From: Felis catus
Lineage: Eukaryota
Assembly: GCF_018350175.1 (NCBI RefSeq)
Contig: NC_058368.1
Location: 85,004,001-85,068,000 of the forward strand
Reading direction: 5' to 3'
Length of the DNA stretch: 64,000 nucleotides
Within the stretch, counting starts at the first letter, position 1. The number at the start of each line of letters is the position of its first letter. This document shows positions 24,582 to 37,159 of the stretch, in pieces. Position numbers and translations under genes: made by a program. The notes below the pieces were generated by a model. The model saw nothing but the letters and a program-made list of their open reading frames with translations, was not told the DNA's origin and ran no database searches.

Positions 24582-25571
24582 ATTTTATTTTATTTTTGTA
24601 TTTTTATTTAAATTCAAGTTAGATCACATATAGTGTAGAATTGGTTTCAGAAGTAGAATTGAGTAATTCATCACATATATAACACCCAGTGCTCATCCCA
24701 ACAAGTGACCTCCATAATGTCAATCACCCATTTATCCCATACCTCCACATACCCTCCATTAACTGCCAGTTTTTCTTTGTATTTAAGAGTCTGTTATGGT
24801 TTACCTTCCTCTCCATTATAATATTTTATTTTTCATTGCCTTTAAATATGTTCATCTGTTGTGTTTCTTCAATTGTAAATATAAGTGAAATCATATATTT
24901 ATCTTTCTCTGACTTACTTTTTTCACTTAGCATAAAGCACTCTAGTTCCATCTATCTTATTGCAAATGGCAAGATTTCATTCTTTTTGATTGTTGAGTAA
25001 TATTCCATTTTATATATATACATCACATCTCCTTTATCCATACATCAATCGATAGACATTTGGGGTCTTTCCACAAAGTGGTTATTGTTGATTGTGCTAC
25101 TATAAACATGTGCAGTGTGCCCTTTTGCATCAGCATTTTTGTATTCTTTGGGGAAATACCTAGTAGTGCAATTTCTGTGTCATAGGGTAGTTTTATTTTT
25201 TAATTTTTGAAGAACCTCCATATCGTTTTCCAGAATGTCCACATCAGTTTGCATTCTTACCATCAGTGCAAAAGGGTTCCCCTTTATGTGCATCCTCAAC
25301 AACATCTGTTGTTTCCTGAGTTGTTCACTTTAGCCATTCTGGCAGGTATGAGGTGGTATCTCATTGTGGTTTTGATTTGTATTTCGCTGATGATAAATGA
25401 TATTGAGCAACTTTTTATATGCCTGGCCATCTGGATGTCTTCTTTGGAAAAGTGTCTACTCATGACTTCTGCTCATTTCTTAACTTGGTTGTTTGTTTTT
25501 GGATTGTTGAGTTTGATATGGTCTTGATAGATTTTGGATACACCTTTATCCAATATGTCATATGCAAATAT
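24582..25571 (-). mobile_element. LINE-1 3' end (~1 kb)
   Basis: T-rich tail, antisense carnivore L1 3'UTR and ORF2 C-terminus. Confidence 0.9.
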
Positions 25572-26635
25572 AGAGAAGTTCAGATGGCAGAGTAGTATGG
25601 AGACCCTGAGCTTGTCTCCTCCCTGAAATACAGGTAAATCAGCTCAAATAATTTTGAACACATAGGGAATTGATGTGAGGATTAATGCAACAAACTGCAT
25701 AATTTGAGCAAGAGATCTTGGCAGAAAAGGCAAATATTTTTATTATATTTATTTTATTTTATTATTTGAAAAAAGTTAATTTTAAGTTTTTAAAGCATTT
25801 TTCTTTTCTTTTTTTCCTCTTTATTTCTTTATCTTTCTATCAAGTTTCTCTTAACAACCAGACTGAAATACACCAAAGATCTCATTTCCTTTATTTGATT
25901 TTTTTTGTTTTTTTCTTAATTTCTTAATTCATTTTTTTAATTTTATTATTTTTTTTCTTCTTCTTAAATGATAAGACAGAGAAATTCCCCCCAAAAGGAA
26001 AAAAAAACAGGCAGAAATGGAAACCAGGGATTTAGTCAACAGAGATATAAGATGTCTAAACTAGTACTTAAAAACACAATTACAAGAATACTAGTTGCGG
26101 TTGAAAAAAGCACAGAAAACACTGGAGAAATCCCTTTCTGTAGAGATAAAACAAGTAAAATCTAGTCTTGGCATAATTAAAAATACTATAACCAAGTTGC
26201 AATCTCAAAAGGTGCCATGAAAGCAAGGATGGATGAAGAAAACAGCAAACCAGTGGTATGGAAAATAAAGTTATGGAAAATAATAAAGCTGAAAAAAGAA
26301 AAATAAAGGCAAAAGATCACGATATGTAATTTAGAGAACTCAGAAACTTATTAAAGAGGAATACTGTTAATATTGTAGGAGTCTAGAAGATGAAGAGAGA
26401 GAAAGGGGAGCAGAAGAGTTTTTAAACAATTATAGTTGAAAACTTCCCTAATTTGGGGAAGAACACAGACATCAATATACAACAAAATCCAACTTATTAA
26501 ATTCAAAAAAAAAAATCAACTATTACCAAAGTATCTCAGAATGAAATTCACACAGCACTCAGACAAGGAAAGAATCATGAAAGCAGCAAGGAAAAAAGTC
26601 TTTAACCTACAAGGGAAAACAGGTCAGGTTCACAG
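25572..26635 (+). mobile_element. LINE-1 5' fragment: shortened 5'UTR and degenerate ORF1
   Basis: AGATGGCAGAGTAGTATGGAGACCC L1 start, T-rich pre-ORF1 tract, ORF1 start ATGATAAGACAGAGAAATTCCCCC at 25968. Confidence 0.8.
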
Positions 26636-26649
26636 TTGCCCCAAAGAGT

Positions 26650-27250
26650 GACTTGATCACAAGTATGGTTTAAGATGATTATGGTTTGAAGGGAAAAGAG
26701 ACTAGAGAGTCAGGAAAATGAGCATTAAAAACTTAGAATTGAGGGGCGCCTGGGTGGCGCAGTCGGTTAAGCGTCGGACTTCAGCCAGGTCACGATCTCG
26801 CAGTCCGTGAGTTTGAGCCCCGCGTCAGGCTCTGGGCTGATGGCTCAGAGGCTGGAGCCTGTTTCCGATTCTGTGTCTCCCTCTCTCTCTGCCCCTCCCC
26901 CGTTCATGCTCTGTCTCTCTCTGTCCCAAAAATAAATAAACGTTGAAAAAAAATTAAAAAAAAAAACAACTTAGAATTGAGTGAAATAATAGGTTTGGAA
27001 AGAAGATGTGTGTGTTACAAATACTTAGTTTAATATGGCTGGGAGAAGTAACTGATTAAATATAGAAAGCAAGGAAATCAAAAGTGGTCTCAAGAATTAA
27101 GCCTGAATGTTTATAGTAATGGAGTGGTAATGGCATAAATGGCTGAGATCACTTTTGTCATGATGAGTTGAAAGTGTTGTCAGGGTATCTGGTGAATGTA
27201 TTTAAAAAGTTGTTGGAAATACAGAAATGAGCTCAGAATAGGCAGGTAGA
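26650..27250 (-). mobile_element. L2 remnant (interrupted by a SINE)
   Basis: Purine-rich sequence resembling the antisense L2 3' region (TTTGTCATGATGAGTTGAAAGTG ... TTGGAAATACAG ... GAGCTCAG). Confidence 0.5.
26743..26968 (+). mobile_element. Can-SINE, young SINEC_Fc1-like
   Basis: CpG-intact head; perfect TSD AACTTAGAATTGA; nearly identical to 1703-1911. Confidence 0.95.
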
Positions 27251-27299
27251 GCAAGTTGTTCCAAAAGGTTGAATCCCTTAAGATCAGGATGAATTTTAT

Positions 27300-27410
27300 A
27301 TATGCAATCATACAGAATTCTGTTCTTGGAAGGGTCTTGTACATGGTTTATTGCTTTGATGTTGTTGTTTTTAAACTCTTAAAAATTTTGAACATGCAAA
27401 ATATGTAGTT
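27300..27410. mobile_element. MER53-like hAT DNA transposon remnant
   Basis: GAAGGGTCTTGTACATGGTTTATTGCTTTG ... CTTAAAAATTTTGAACA resembles MER53 as recalled; not database-checked. Confidence 0.5.
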
Positions 27411-27714
27411 AATTTGGCAATGGCTATAAAAGATTGAGAAAGGGATAAATTACACAGAGTGGAAGAAAATCTATGTAAGATACTTGGGAATATGGTTTCT
27501 TTGACAATTCAAAACTAAAATGACACAAAAAACTGTGGAGAATAGTTGTTTCAGGAAATTCCAAATAATGGGTTTTAATTTCTTGGGTGAGTACTATAAT
27601 AATATAGATGTGAAACACATTTTAAATAGTGGAGTAAAATAATTACATATAATATTTATCACATAATACGTTTAAAATGTGAAAACCTCAAGATTTTTTA
27701 ACTGTATTACCTGT

Positions 27715-27875
27715 TTAATATAAAAAGATATAATAGAGGATGCATATTAACATTTAGATGGCAGACATGTGTAGGGCAAGGCATATGGGAAAGAACACAG
27801 AGGTTCCATGCTTTCTCCAAGCTGTGTGCAACTCTCCTGAATTATCCATATATTCTTCAACCTAGAAGTTTCTCA
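27715..27875. mobile_element. MER21-like LTR remnant
   Basis: AGATGGCAGACATGTGTAGGGCAAGGCATATGGGAAAG ... TTCCATGCTTTCTCCA resembles MER21 as recalled. Confidence 0.55.
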
Positions 27876-28034
27876 ATATGTTTTACATGCTATTTGGGTC
27901 TGTGAGGAGGTAGAAGGAATAATGGATAGGAAAAAAAAGTATAAAATCAAAAGCTCATAACAAGACATAAGATGTAACAGATGACCTATGCGTTCCTCTT
28001 ACCAAACAACAGCTGCCACTGATGAGGCTGGGAT

Positions 28035-28966
28035 ATGGCAAAATTAAATGACACATCCACTACAGATTTCATCCTCTTGGGTCTCTTCCCTGAGTTCCAG
28101 TATGTCAGCTTCCTGGTCTACCTCATTCTTCTCATCTACTTCATTACCCGCACAGGGAACTCCATACTCATCTTTCTGATCTGGGTGGACTCCCACATCT
28201 GCACCCTTATGTACTTCTTGCTCAGTCAGCTTTGCATCATTGATTTGTTATATATTTCCAGTTTGGTTCCTAAGAAGGTTATCCAGCATTCCTTAGGGAA
28301 GCACAGCATCTCTTACATTGGCTGTGGAGTACAAATGTTCTTCTGCCTAACTCTAGGTGGTGCTGAGTGTCTTCTCCTAACCTTTATGTCCTATGACTGA
28401 TTTGTGGCTGTTTGTAACCCCCTTCATTACACAATTATCATAAACTCTAAGGTATGCTTGGTAATGACAGTGTCATCATGGACTGGGGCTGCTCTAAATT
28501 CACTCATTCAAACCATCTACACCATGCGTTTTTCTGTCTGTGGTCTGAAGATAAATCATTTCTTCTGTGAGATACCAGCCATCCTGAAGTTATCCTGTGA
28601 GGACACTTCACACTATGAAATGATGTTTGTGGTAAGTATAATATTTATACTCATCCCCTTTAGTCTAATAGTGACCTCCTATATTCGAATTTTCCTCACT
28701 GTTCTCAGAATACACTCTCTTGAGGGGAGAAAAATATCCCTATCCACATGCTCTTCTCACCTGATTGTAGTGAGTCTCTACCTGGGACCAGGGATAGTGG
28801 TGTACATGACACCTGGCTCCTCCCATACCCCAGCACTGGATCAAGGTATCTCCATCTTCTACACTATTCTCACCCCATGCTGAACCCCGTAATTTATAGC
28901 CTTAGAAACAAGGAGGTTATGAAAGCTGTAAAGAAGGTCTTGGGAAAGTATCTAACACCAAAATAG
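28035..28966 (+). pseudogene. Olfactory receptor pseudogene (class II, family-2-like)
   Basis: OR motifs DFILLG, MYFLLSQL, MSYD*FVAVCNPLHY, HFFCE, TCSSHL, PMLNPVIYSLRNKEV. TGA at 28398-28400 replaces the DRY arginine; a 1-bp deletion lies in the C run at ~28873-28876. Confidence 0.95.
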
Positions 28967-29410
28967 TTTAAGAGATATCACTGCTGTATTTTATATCCAA
29001 AACCAGTTCCAGTGTGGAAATAAAAGTCTCTGGTTTGAGTCTTTCTTCAGCTACACAGAATGTCTATTTAGAAACATAGATTATTTTAGAAACCAACCAT
29101 TAAATCTTCAATAGTCTTATTGTGTTTGAAACAAAACAATGGAATTCAGTAAAGAGATGCATTAATAAAAAATATTTGAATAAAAGGTATTTGTTAGCAA
29201 ATAGATAGAAGTGTATATAATGTTTCTTAAATCACCCACAAAGGTGAACAAGGATTATTGTCATTATATTTTTCCATCACAGAGGCAAAGAAGACAGTGA
29301 AAGCTTATTCTAATTTTTGACTACCATCCTGACCTGAGAGTAGAACATAAGAAGAGGCACAGACATTCATTTTCTCCAAGAAGTACTGTTTTATCCAGTT
29401 TGATGTTTCC

Positions 29411-31005
29411 TTTTTAATTTTTTAATTAAAATCTATTATTGAGATAAAATAGACAGTGTAATATTACTGTCAGGTGTACAACATATTGATTTGACAATTC
29501 TATACATTTCTCAATGCTCACAGTGATAAATGTAGTCACCATCTGTCACCATACAATGTTATTACAATATTATTGATTGTATTCCTTATGATGTTCTTTT
29601 TAGCTCCATGGTTTACTAATTTTATTATTGGAAATTTGTACCTATTAATCACCATGATCAATTTTGCTCATTCTCCCACCACCATCCCATTGGAAACCAC
29701 AAGTCTGTTGTCTGTATTTAGGAGTCTGTTTGCTTGTTTTTTATGGTCCATATATAAATGAAATCTTACTATCTTTGTATTTGTCTAATTTCACATAGCA
29801 TAATACCTTATAGGTCCATCTATGTTGTTGCAAATGGAAAGATACCTTTTTTTCCTCTGGCTGAGTAATACCACATCACACACACATGCACACTCACATG
29901 CACACACACACACACACACACACACACACCATATTATCACTCTATCAATGGACATTAGGGTTGCATCCATATATTGACTATTGAAAATAATTCTGCAATA
30001 ACCACAGGATGCATCTTTTCAAATTAGTCTTTTCATTTTCTTTGGGTGAATAAAAATAACAGGAATTATTGTATTATATGATGTTTCTAATTTTAATTTA
30101 GTAGAAGCCTCCATATTGTTTTTCACAGTGATTGCACCTATATACATTCCCACCAATAGTGCAAAAAGTTTCCCTTTTCTCCATATTCTTGCCAACACTT
30201 GTTATTTCTTTCTTTTTTTAAACTTTTAAAAAAAATATTTATTTATTTTTGAGAGAGATACAGAGTGCAAGTGGGAGAGGAGCAGAGAGACACACACACA
30301 GAATCCAAAGCAGGCTCCAGGCTCTGAGCTGTCAGCACAGAGCCCAATGTGGGACTCAAACTCACAAACTGTGAGATCATGACATGAGCCAAAGTCGGAC
30401 GCTTAACCAACAGAGCCACCCAGTCTCCCCCACTTGTTATTTCTTTTCTTTGACTTAGTAGTCACTCTGACTGGTGTGAGGTGGTATCAAATTGTAGTTT
30501 TTATTTACATTTTCACAATGATTAGTGATGTTGAGCGTATTTTCATATATCTGTTGCTCATCTGTTTGTACTATTTGGACAAAAATCTATTCAGATACTC
30601 TGCCCATTTTTAAATTGGATACTTTGTTTTATGATGTTAAATTGTCTATGTTCTTTATGTATTTTTAATATTAACTTTTTATTGTATATATAATTTGCAA
30701 ATATCTTCTCCCATTCACTAGGTTGACTGTTTCTTTTGCTGATGCTTTCTGTTGCTGTGTTAAAGCTTTTTATTTTGAAGTTCCAGCAGTTTATTTTTTC
30801 TATTGTTTCTCCTTCCTGAGGAGACATGCCCATAAATATGTTTTTAAGGCCAATGATTACGTTTAATGTTAGGAATTTTATGGATCCAACTCTCACATTT
30901 AAGGACTTAACTCATTTCGTGTTTATTTTCATGTGTGGTGTAAGAAAGTTGTCCAGTTTCATCACTTTCCATTTGGCTATCCAGTTTCCCAAACACTATT
31001 TTTTC
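29411..31005 (-). mobile_element. Old LINE-1 3' end
   Basis: Antisense L1 3'UTR and ORF2 C-terminus, with (CA)n at 29878-29929 and a SINE. Confidence 0.85.
30215..30431 (-). mobile_element. Can-SINE
   Basis: TSD CACTTGTTATTTCTTT on both sides. Confidence 0.92.
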
Positions 31006-34000
31006 TTAAAGTCTGTTTATTGAGCTTCCAGGGAAGATGATGGAGTAGGAAGAATATACTTTCACCTCTTACCATCGATACAAGATAATATTCACGAGTG
31101 AGAATAATCCATAAAAATGACCTGAAGACTGGCAGAAAAATCTCTCCATAACTAAATATAGAGAAGAGGCCACCTTGAAGAGAGTAGGAAGGGAAGAGAT
31201 GGACTCAGGAGCTAAACATACAGGGGACTGTCTGTAACAGAGAGGAACACAATGGTCATAGAAAGGGAAGAGAAACAGACTCTCACACCCGGAAGCCCAC
31301 ATAGGAAAGACAAATCCCCATAGCACTGTTTTTGAAAATCAGAGGGGTAAATGTCATGAGTTACTGCAATCACTGGGAATTAACTTAGAATTTAAAAAAT
31401 TATTGGGCTCTGCTTTGGGAGAGCTGAGAGTGTAATGATTAATAATAATAATAATAATAATAACAATAAATTGATTACTTGTCCTTAAAGTGACAGCATA
31501 AAAAATAGCCCTGCAGAGATACAGCATGGAAACAGCAGTTCAAAAAACTTCTTGGGTGTGCAAGACAGAGATTTGTTACTAATCTCAGAGTGTGCTAGAA
31601 GGGCAGGGATCAGTGGGAAACTTGTCTGTGAATCAAGGATCTGGAGGGTGCCATTTTCTTCTGCAGCCAAAATCCATGGTCACCTGCATGGATCAGCCTA
31701 GCACATGCATTCGCTACATAACTTGCTAACAAAACTGTTACACACCCATATTCTCCTGTGGACACACTCTGTCCAGCCAGATCCCAGCTCCGAGTCTCCT
31801 CTCAGGGAAGACCCAAGCAAACCTTGTTAATATCACACACAAATTTCTGCAGATCTGCCCTTTCAGTACACTCTTGGAGTCCATCCAAACTGATGTAATA
31901 AGACTGGCAGTGTGCAAGCAGTCCTGAAACAGCCAACACCACTCCAAAGTGACTCTTTTCCTGGGGAGAGGGAAATATAACCACACACAGCTATCAGACT
32001 GTGGCCCCAGCAGTAGGCTGGGAACAGACAACTGTAGGCCCTGCCCAATAATGAAAGCTTCTCAGAGAGAAAAAAGGGAAATGCTCTGCAGTTTGAATAC
32101 TGCATCTCTTAAAAATGTCTTTTATGACTCAATTCTTCCAAGGTTGCCCCAGACTGGCCCACTAACACCACAGGGAGGAAACCCTACCCACAACAGGCAA
32201 AGAGACCCATTGCAGATGGCTGGACTAAAGGCAAAAGCAGCTCAGCCACAATAGCAGTGTACACATAACATGCATAAAAGACATCCCTGAAATTTCAGGT
32301 TCTGGTGAACAAGGGGTACTAAACATTAGGACACTACAGGGTCTCTTCTTCATAAAGTCACTAATTTCAAGAGCAGGAGACATAGCTGACTTTCCCTATA
32401 CATAGGAGCATTAGGTAAAATTAGGTATTAGGTACAATGGTATTAGCTATTAAAATTAAAATTAGGTACTAAAATTAGGTATTAGGTAAAGTGAGGATAC
32501 AGAAATATGTTTCAAATGAAATAACAGGAAAAATCACAACAAGAGACCTAAGAAAAATGGAGATAAGTAATATGCCTGATGGAGAATTTAAAGTAATGAT
32601 CATAAAGATATTCACTGGACTTGAGAAAACAATAGAGGAGAATAGAGGTCTTAAACAAAGAGACAAAAATAAAACATAACCAACCACAGAGAAATAATTC
32701 AATAAATGAAACTAAAAAAAAAAATAAATAAAGCAATACACCAGATAGAAGAAATAGTAGACTAGATAAAGGAGGAGAATAGATTAGTGACCTGAGTACT
32801 AATTACCAGAGTAATAAAAGTCAATCAAGTGTAACAGGCAAGAGAAAAAAAAACTAATACAAAATGAAAATAGACTTAGAGAATTCACCAACACCATTAA
32901 GGATAATAACACTCTCATTATAGGATCCCAGAAGGACAAAAGAAACAAAAGAGGGCAGAAAAATCATATGATGAAATAATAGCTAAAAATTCCCCAAATT
33001 TAGAGGAGCAAACTGAAACCAGATACAGGACACATAGACATCCCCCCCAAAATAAACACAAGGAGACACATAGTAATTAAAATGGCAAAAAGTAGTAAAA
33101 AATCTTAAAATCAGCAAAATAAAAGAAAACAACTACATACAAGGGCAATCCTAAAAAGCTATAGGATTTAGCTTTCAGCAGAAACTTTGCAGGCCAGAAG
33201 ATAATGGCATAATATAGTCAAAGTGTTGAAAGAAAAAAAAAAAAAACTTGTAGCCGAAAATACTTTATCCAGCAAGGCTAGCATTCAAACCAGGAGAGAA
33301 ATAGTTTCCAAGACAAACAAAAGTTAGGGTAATTAATGACCATTAAATAAGCCAAGTAAGAAATGTTAAAGGAGACACTTTGAGTGGGAAGGAAAGAACT
33401 TAAGTAGGAGTAAGGATAGTAGAATGCACAAAAGCATGTATAGTAAGTATATCTATAAAAATTAGTCAAGCAGCTCACAAGATAAAAGGATAAAGTATGA
33501 CACCATATATCTAAAATGTGAAAGGGAGAAAAGAATGGGTTCAAATGTAAATGACCATCAAGTTAATACAAATGGCTGTATAAAGATGTTATTAAAAACC
33601 TAATAGTAACAACAACAAAAAAAACTAACAGATACACAAAAAGACAAAGACAAAGGAATCCAAGTGTATCATCAAAGAAAACAAATTAACTATGAGACAA
33701 GAGAACAAGAGAAAAAAGAAACAGAGAACTACAAAACAACCATAAACAAGTAATTAGTGGCAACAAATGCATACCTATCAATAGTTTGAAAAAAAAATAC
33801 TTTGAATATAAATGGACTAACTGCTCCAATCAGAAGGCATAGGGTAACAGAATGGATAAAAAACAAAACAAAACAAACAAAAAAACCCACACAAACACAG
33901 ACCCATCTATATGTTGCCTACATTGCAGACATAAAGACACCTGCAGATTGAAAGTGAAGGGATGGAGAAACATTTATCAGTGAAAATTGTTGTGAAAAGA

Positions 34001-35030
34001 AAGACAGGATAGCCATATTTATATAGGACAAAATAGACTTTAAAACACAGATTTATGAGGTGATAAGAAAAGATATTATATAATCATAAATGGAATGATA
34101 CAAAAATTAAATATAATAATGTGAACATTTATTCACTCAACACAGATGCAAACAAATACATAAAGTAGTTAATAACATACAAAAAATTAATCAATAGTAA
34201 TAGAGTAATAGTAAGGGACTTACACACCCCACTTACATCCAAAGAGAAAACCAATAAAGAAAGAGTGGCTTTGAATGATATAGTCGATCAGTTGGATTTA
34301 ACAGATATATTCATAATATTTTATCCTAAAGGAGCAGAACACACATTTGTCAAGTATTCATGGACAGTCTCCAGAATAGATCATATGTTAGGCCACAAAA
34401 CAAGTCTTACCAAATTCAAAAAGACTAGAGTCATACCATGCATCATCTCCAACCATAATGCTACAAAACAAGAAATCAATAAGAAAATAACTTGAAAGAG
34501 CACAAATATAGAGCACAGGTTAGATAACATGCTACTAAGCAATGAATGGTTAAAACATGAAACCAAAGAGGAAGTCAGCAAATATATAGAGAGAAAAAAA
34601 AAATGAAAACACAGTGATCTAAAATCTTTGGGATGCATCAATAGATGTTCTAAGACAGAAGTTTATAGCAATGCATGCCTATCTCAAGTAACAAGAAAAC
34701 TCTCAAAATAAACAAACTTACCTATACCTAAAGGAGCTAGAAAAAGAACAAACAAAACCTAAACATGTGTATGGAAGTAAATAATAAAATTAGTGCAGAA
34801 ATAAATGAAATCGAAACTAAAAATAGTTTCAGAATAGATCAACAAGAATAGATCAATGAAACTAGAATCTGGTCCTCTGAAAACATCAATAAAATTGATA
34901 AACATTTCATCAATAAACAAAACAAAAAACAAACAAAAAACAAAGAGAGAGAGAGACAGACAGAACTCAAACGAAATCAGAAGTGAGAGAATAGAAATAA
35001 CAAAGAACACCCCAGGAATACAAACAATTG

Positions 35031-35032
<2 letters not shown>

Positions 35033-35076
<44 letters not shown>

Positions 35077-35191
35077 TATATACATATATATACATACATA
35101 TATATGTATATATACATATATATGTATATATGTGTATATATATATACATACATATATACATATATATGTATGTGTATATATATATATATAT
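35033..35191. repeat. (TA)n/(TACA)n microsatellite inside L1 ORF2
   Basis: Direct inspection. Confidence 0.95.
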
Positions 35192-35511
35192 AAAATGAAA
35201 ATCTACGTAGCAATTAATTTAACAACTAGAAGGATTGATACATTCCTAGAAGAATATGAACACCCAAAGCTGAATCAAGAAGGAATAGATAACTTGAACA
35301 CATTGATTACGAACAATGAAATTGAATCTATAATCATAAAACTTCCAACAAACAAAAGTCCAAAACCAGATAGCTTCACAGGTGGATTGTACCAAACATT
35401 TAAAAAAGAGTTAATATACCTTTTTCTCAACTTGTTCTAAAAATAAAAGGAAATCTTCCAAATTATTTCTATTAAGCTAACATTACTTTGATACCAGGAC
35501 CAGATAAAAAC

Positions 35512-35551
<40 letters not shown>

Positions 35552-36647
35552 CTACACACCAATATCTCTAATAAACATAGATGCAAAAATCCTCAACAAA
35601 ATATTAGGAAAGTGAATCCAACAATACATTAAAAAATCATTCACCATGATCAAGTGGAATTTAAGATTGGGGTGCAAGTGTTCAGTATTCATAAATTAGT
35701 GTGGCGCATCCCATAATAATATGGTCAATTAATCTTTGACAAATCAGGAAAGAACATCTAATAGGAAAAATACAGTATCTTCAACAAGTGGTGTCGATTG
35801 GGAAATCTGGACAGACTCATGTAAAATAATGAACTTAACCACTTTCTTACACCATACACAAAAATAAACTCAAAATATATTACAGAACTAAGTTGAGACC
35901 TAAACCAAAAAATCCTAGTTGAGAGCACAGGCAGTAATTTCTCTGACATTGACCATTGCAACCTTTTTCTAGATATGTCTCCTGAGCCAAGGGAAATAAA
36001 AGCAAAACAAATTATTGGGACTACATCAAAATAAAAAGCTTCTTCACGGGAAAGGAAATAATAAATGAAACAAAATGCAACTTACCGGATGGAAAAAGAT
36101 ATTTGCAAATGATATATCTCATAATGGGTTAGTATCCAAAATATATAAAGATCTTATACCACTCAACACTCAAAAAACAAATAATCCATTTAAAATGGTA
36201 GACAACATGAACAGAAAATTCTCCAAAGAAGACATACAGATGGTCAGCAGACACTTGTAAAGATGCTCAACAACTCCAATCATTGGTAGAATGCAAATTG
36301 AAAACAGAAGATATCACCTCATGTCTATGAATGTCTAAAATCAAAACCACAAGAAATAATGTGTTCTCTAGGATATAGAAGAAAAGCAACCCTTATGCAC
36401 TGTGGTAGGAATGCAAACTGGTGAAGTCACTGTGGAAAACATTATGGAGGTTCCTCAAAAAAATCAAAATAAAACTGCCATGTTATCCACTAAATCCACT
36501 ATTGGGTTTTAGCCCAAAATATATGAAAACACTTACTGAAAAAGATATATGCATCCCTATGCTTGTTTCAGCATTATTTACGATAGCCAAGATATGAAAG
36601 CAGCCCAATTGTACATGGTTACATGAATGGTGAAGAAAATGTGTTTT

Positions 36648-36778
36648 GTATATATATATATATATATATATATACATACATGTATATGTATATGTGTGTG
36701 TATGTATGTATATATATATATATACATACATACACACACATATACATATACATGTATATACATACATACATACATACA
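36648..36778. repeat. (TA)n/(TATG)n/(TACA)n microsatellite
   Basis: Direct inspection. Confidence 0.95.
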
Positions 36779-37020
36779 ATGGAATATTACTCATTAAAAG
36801 AATGAAATTTTGTCATTTGCAGCATGGATGGATCTAGAGATTACAGTGTTAAGTGAAATAAGTCAGTCAGAGAACGATAAGTACGATGTCACTTACATGT
36901 GGAATTTAAGAAACAGATACACAAAAGAGACAAAAAAAGACTCTTTCAGAACAACAACAAACAACAATGACAACAAAAAACCAACTAACCCCAAAAAACT
37001 CTTAATTATAGAGAACAGAT

Positions 37021-37159
37021 GGGGACAGAGGATAGAGGATCCCAATCAGGCTCTGCACTAACAGCAGAGAGCCTGATGAGGGGCTCAAACTCATGAATCA
37101 TGAGATCATGACTTGCACCAAAGTCAGATGCTTAATCAACTGAGCCACACAGGCACCCC
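37021..37159 (-). mobile_element. Can-SINE with its tail deleted
   Basis: Head and body present (TGAGCCACACAGGCACCCC); abuts the plus-strand L1 with no poly-T tail. Confidence 0.8.

Larger units (their letters stand above)
31024..37020 (+). mobile_element. Near full-length old carnivore LINE-1 (internal ~1 kb RT deletion, 3' tip missing)
   Basis: 5' end GGGAAGATGATGGAGTAGG; ORF1 remnant EISNMPDGEFKVMIIK (32491-32679); ORF2 remnants; 3'UTR to TTATAGAGAACAGAT. Confidence 0.88.

Noticed and set aside
24582..26635. A single twin-primed L1 made of the minus-strand 3' end plus the plus-strand 5' end
   Set aside because: No TSD is visible, and the segments are kilobases apart in L1 coordinates; two independent insertions explain it equally well.
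28398..28400. Stop-codon readthrough rescuing the OR pseudogene
   Set aside because: A second frameshift and eroded conserved motifs are also present, and the TGA-TTT context is not a known strong readthrough context.
34759..35440. Tyr/Ile-rich ORFs (also 36483-36837 and 46977-47341) and Lys/Glu/Arg-rich ORFs at 63417-63785
   Set aside because: Microsatellite translation artefacts.
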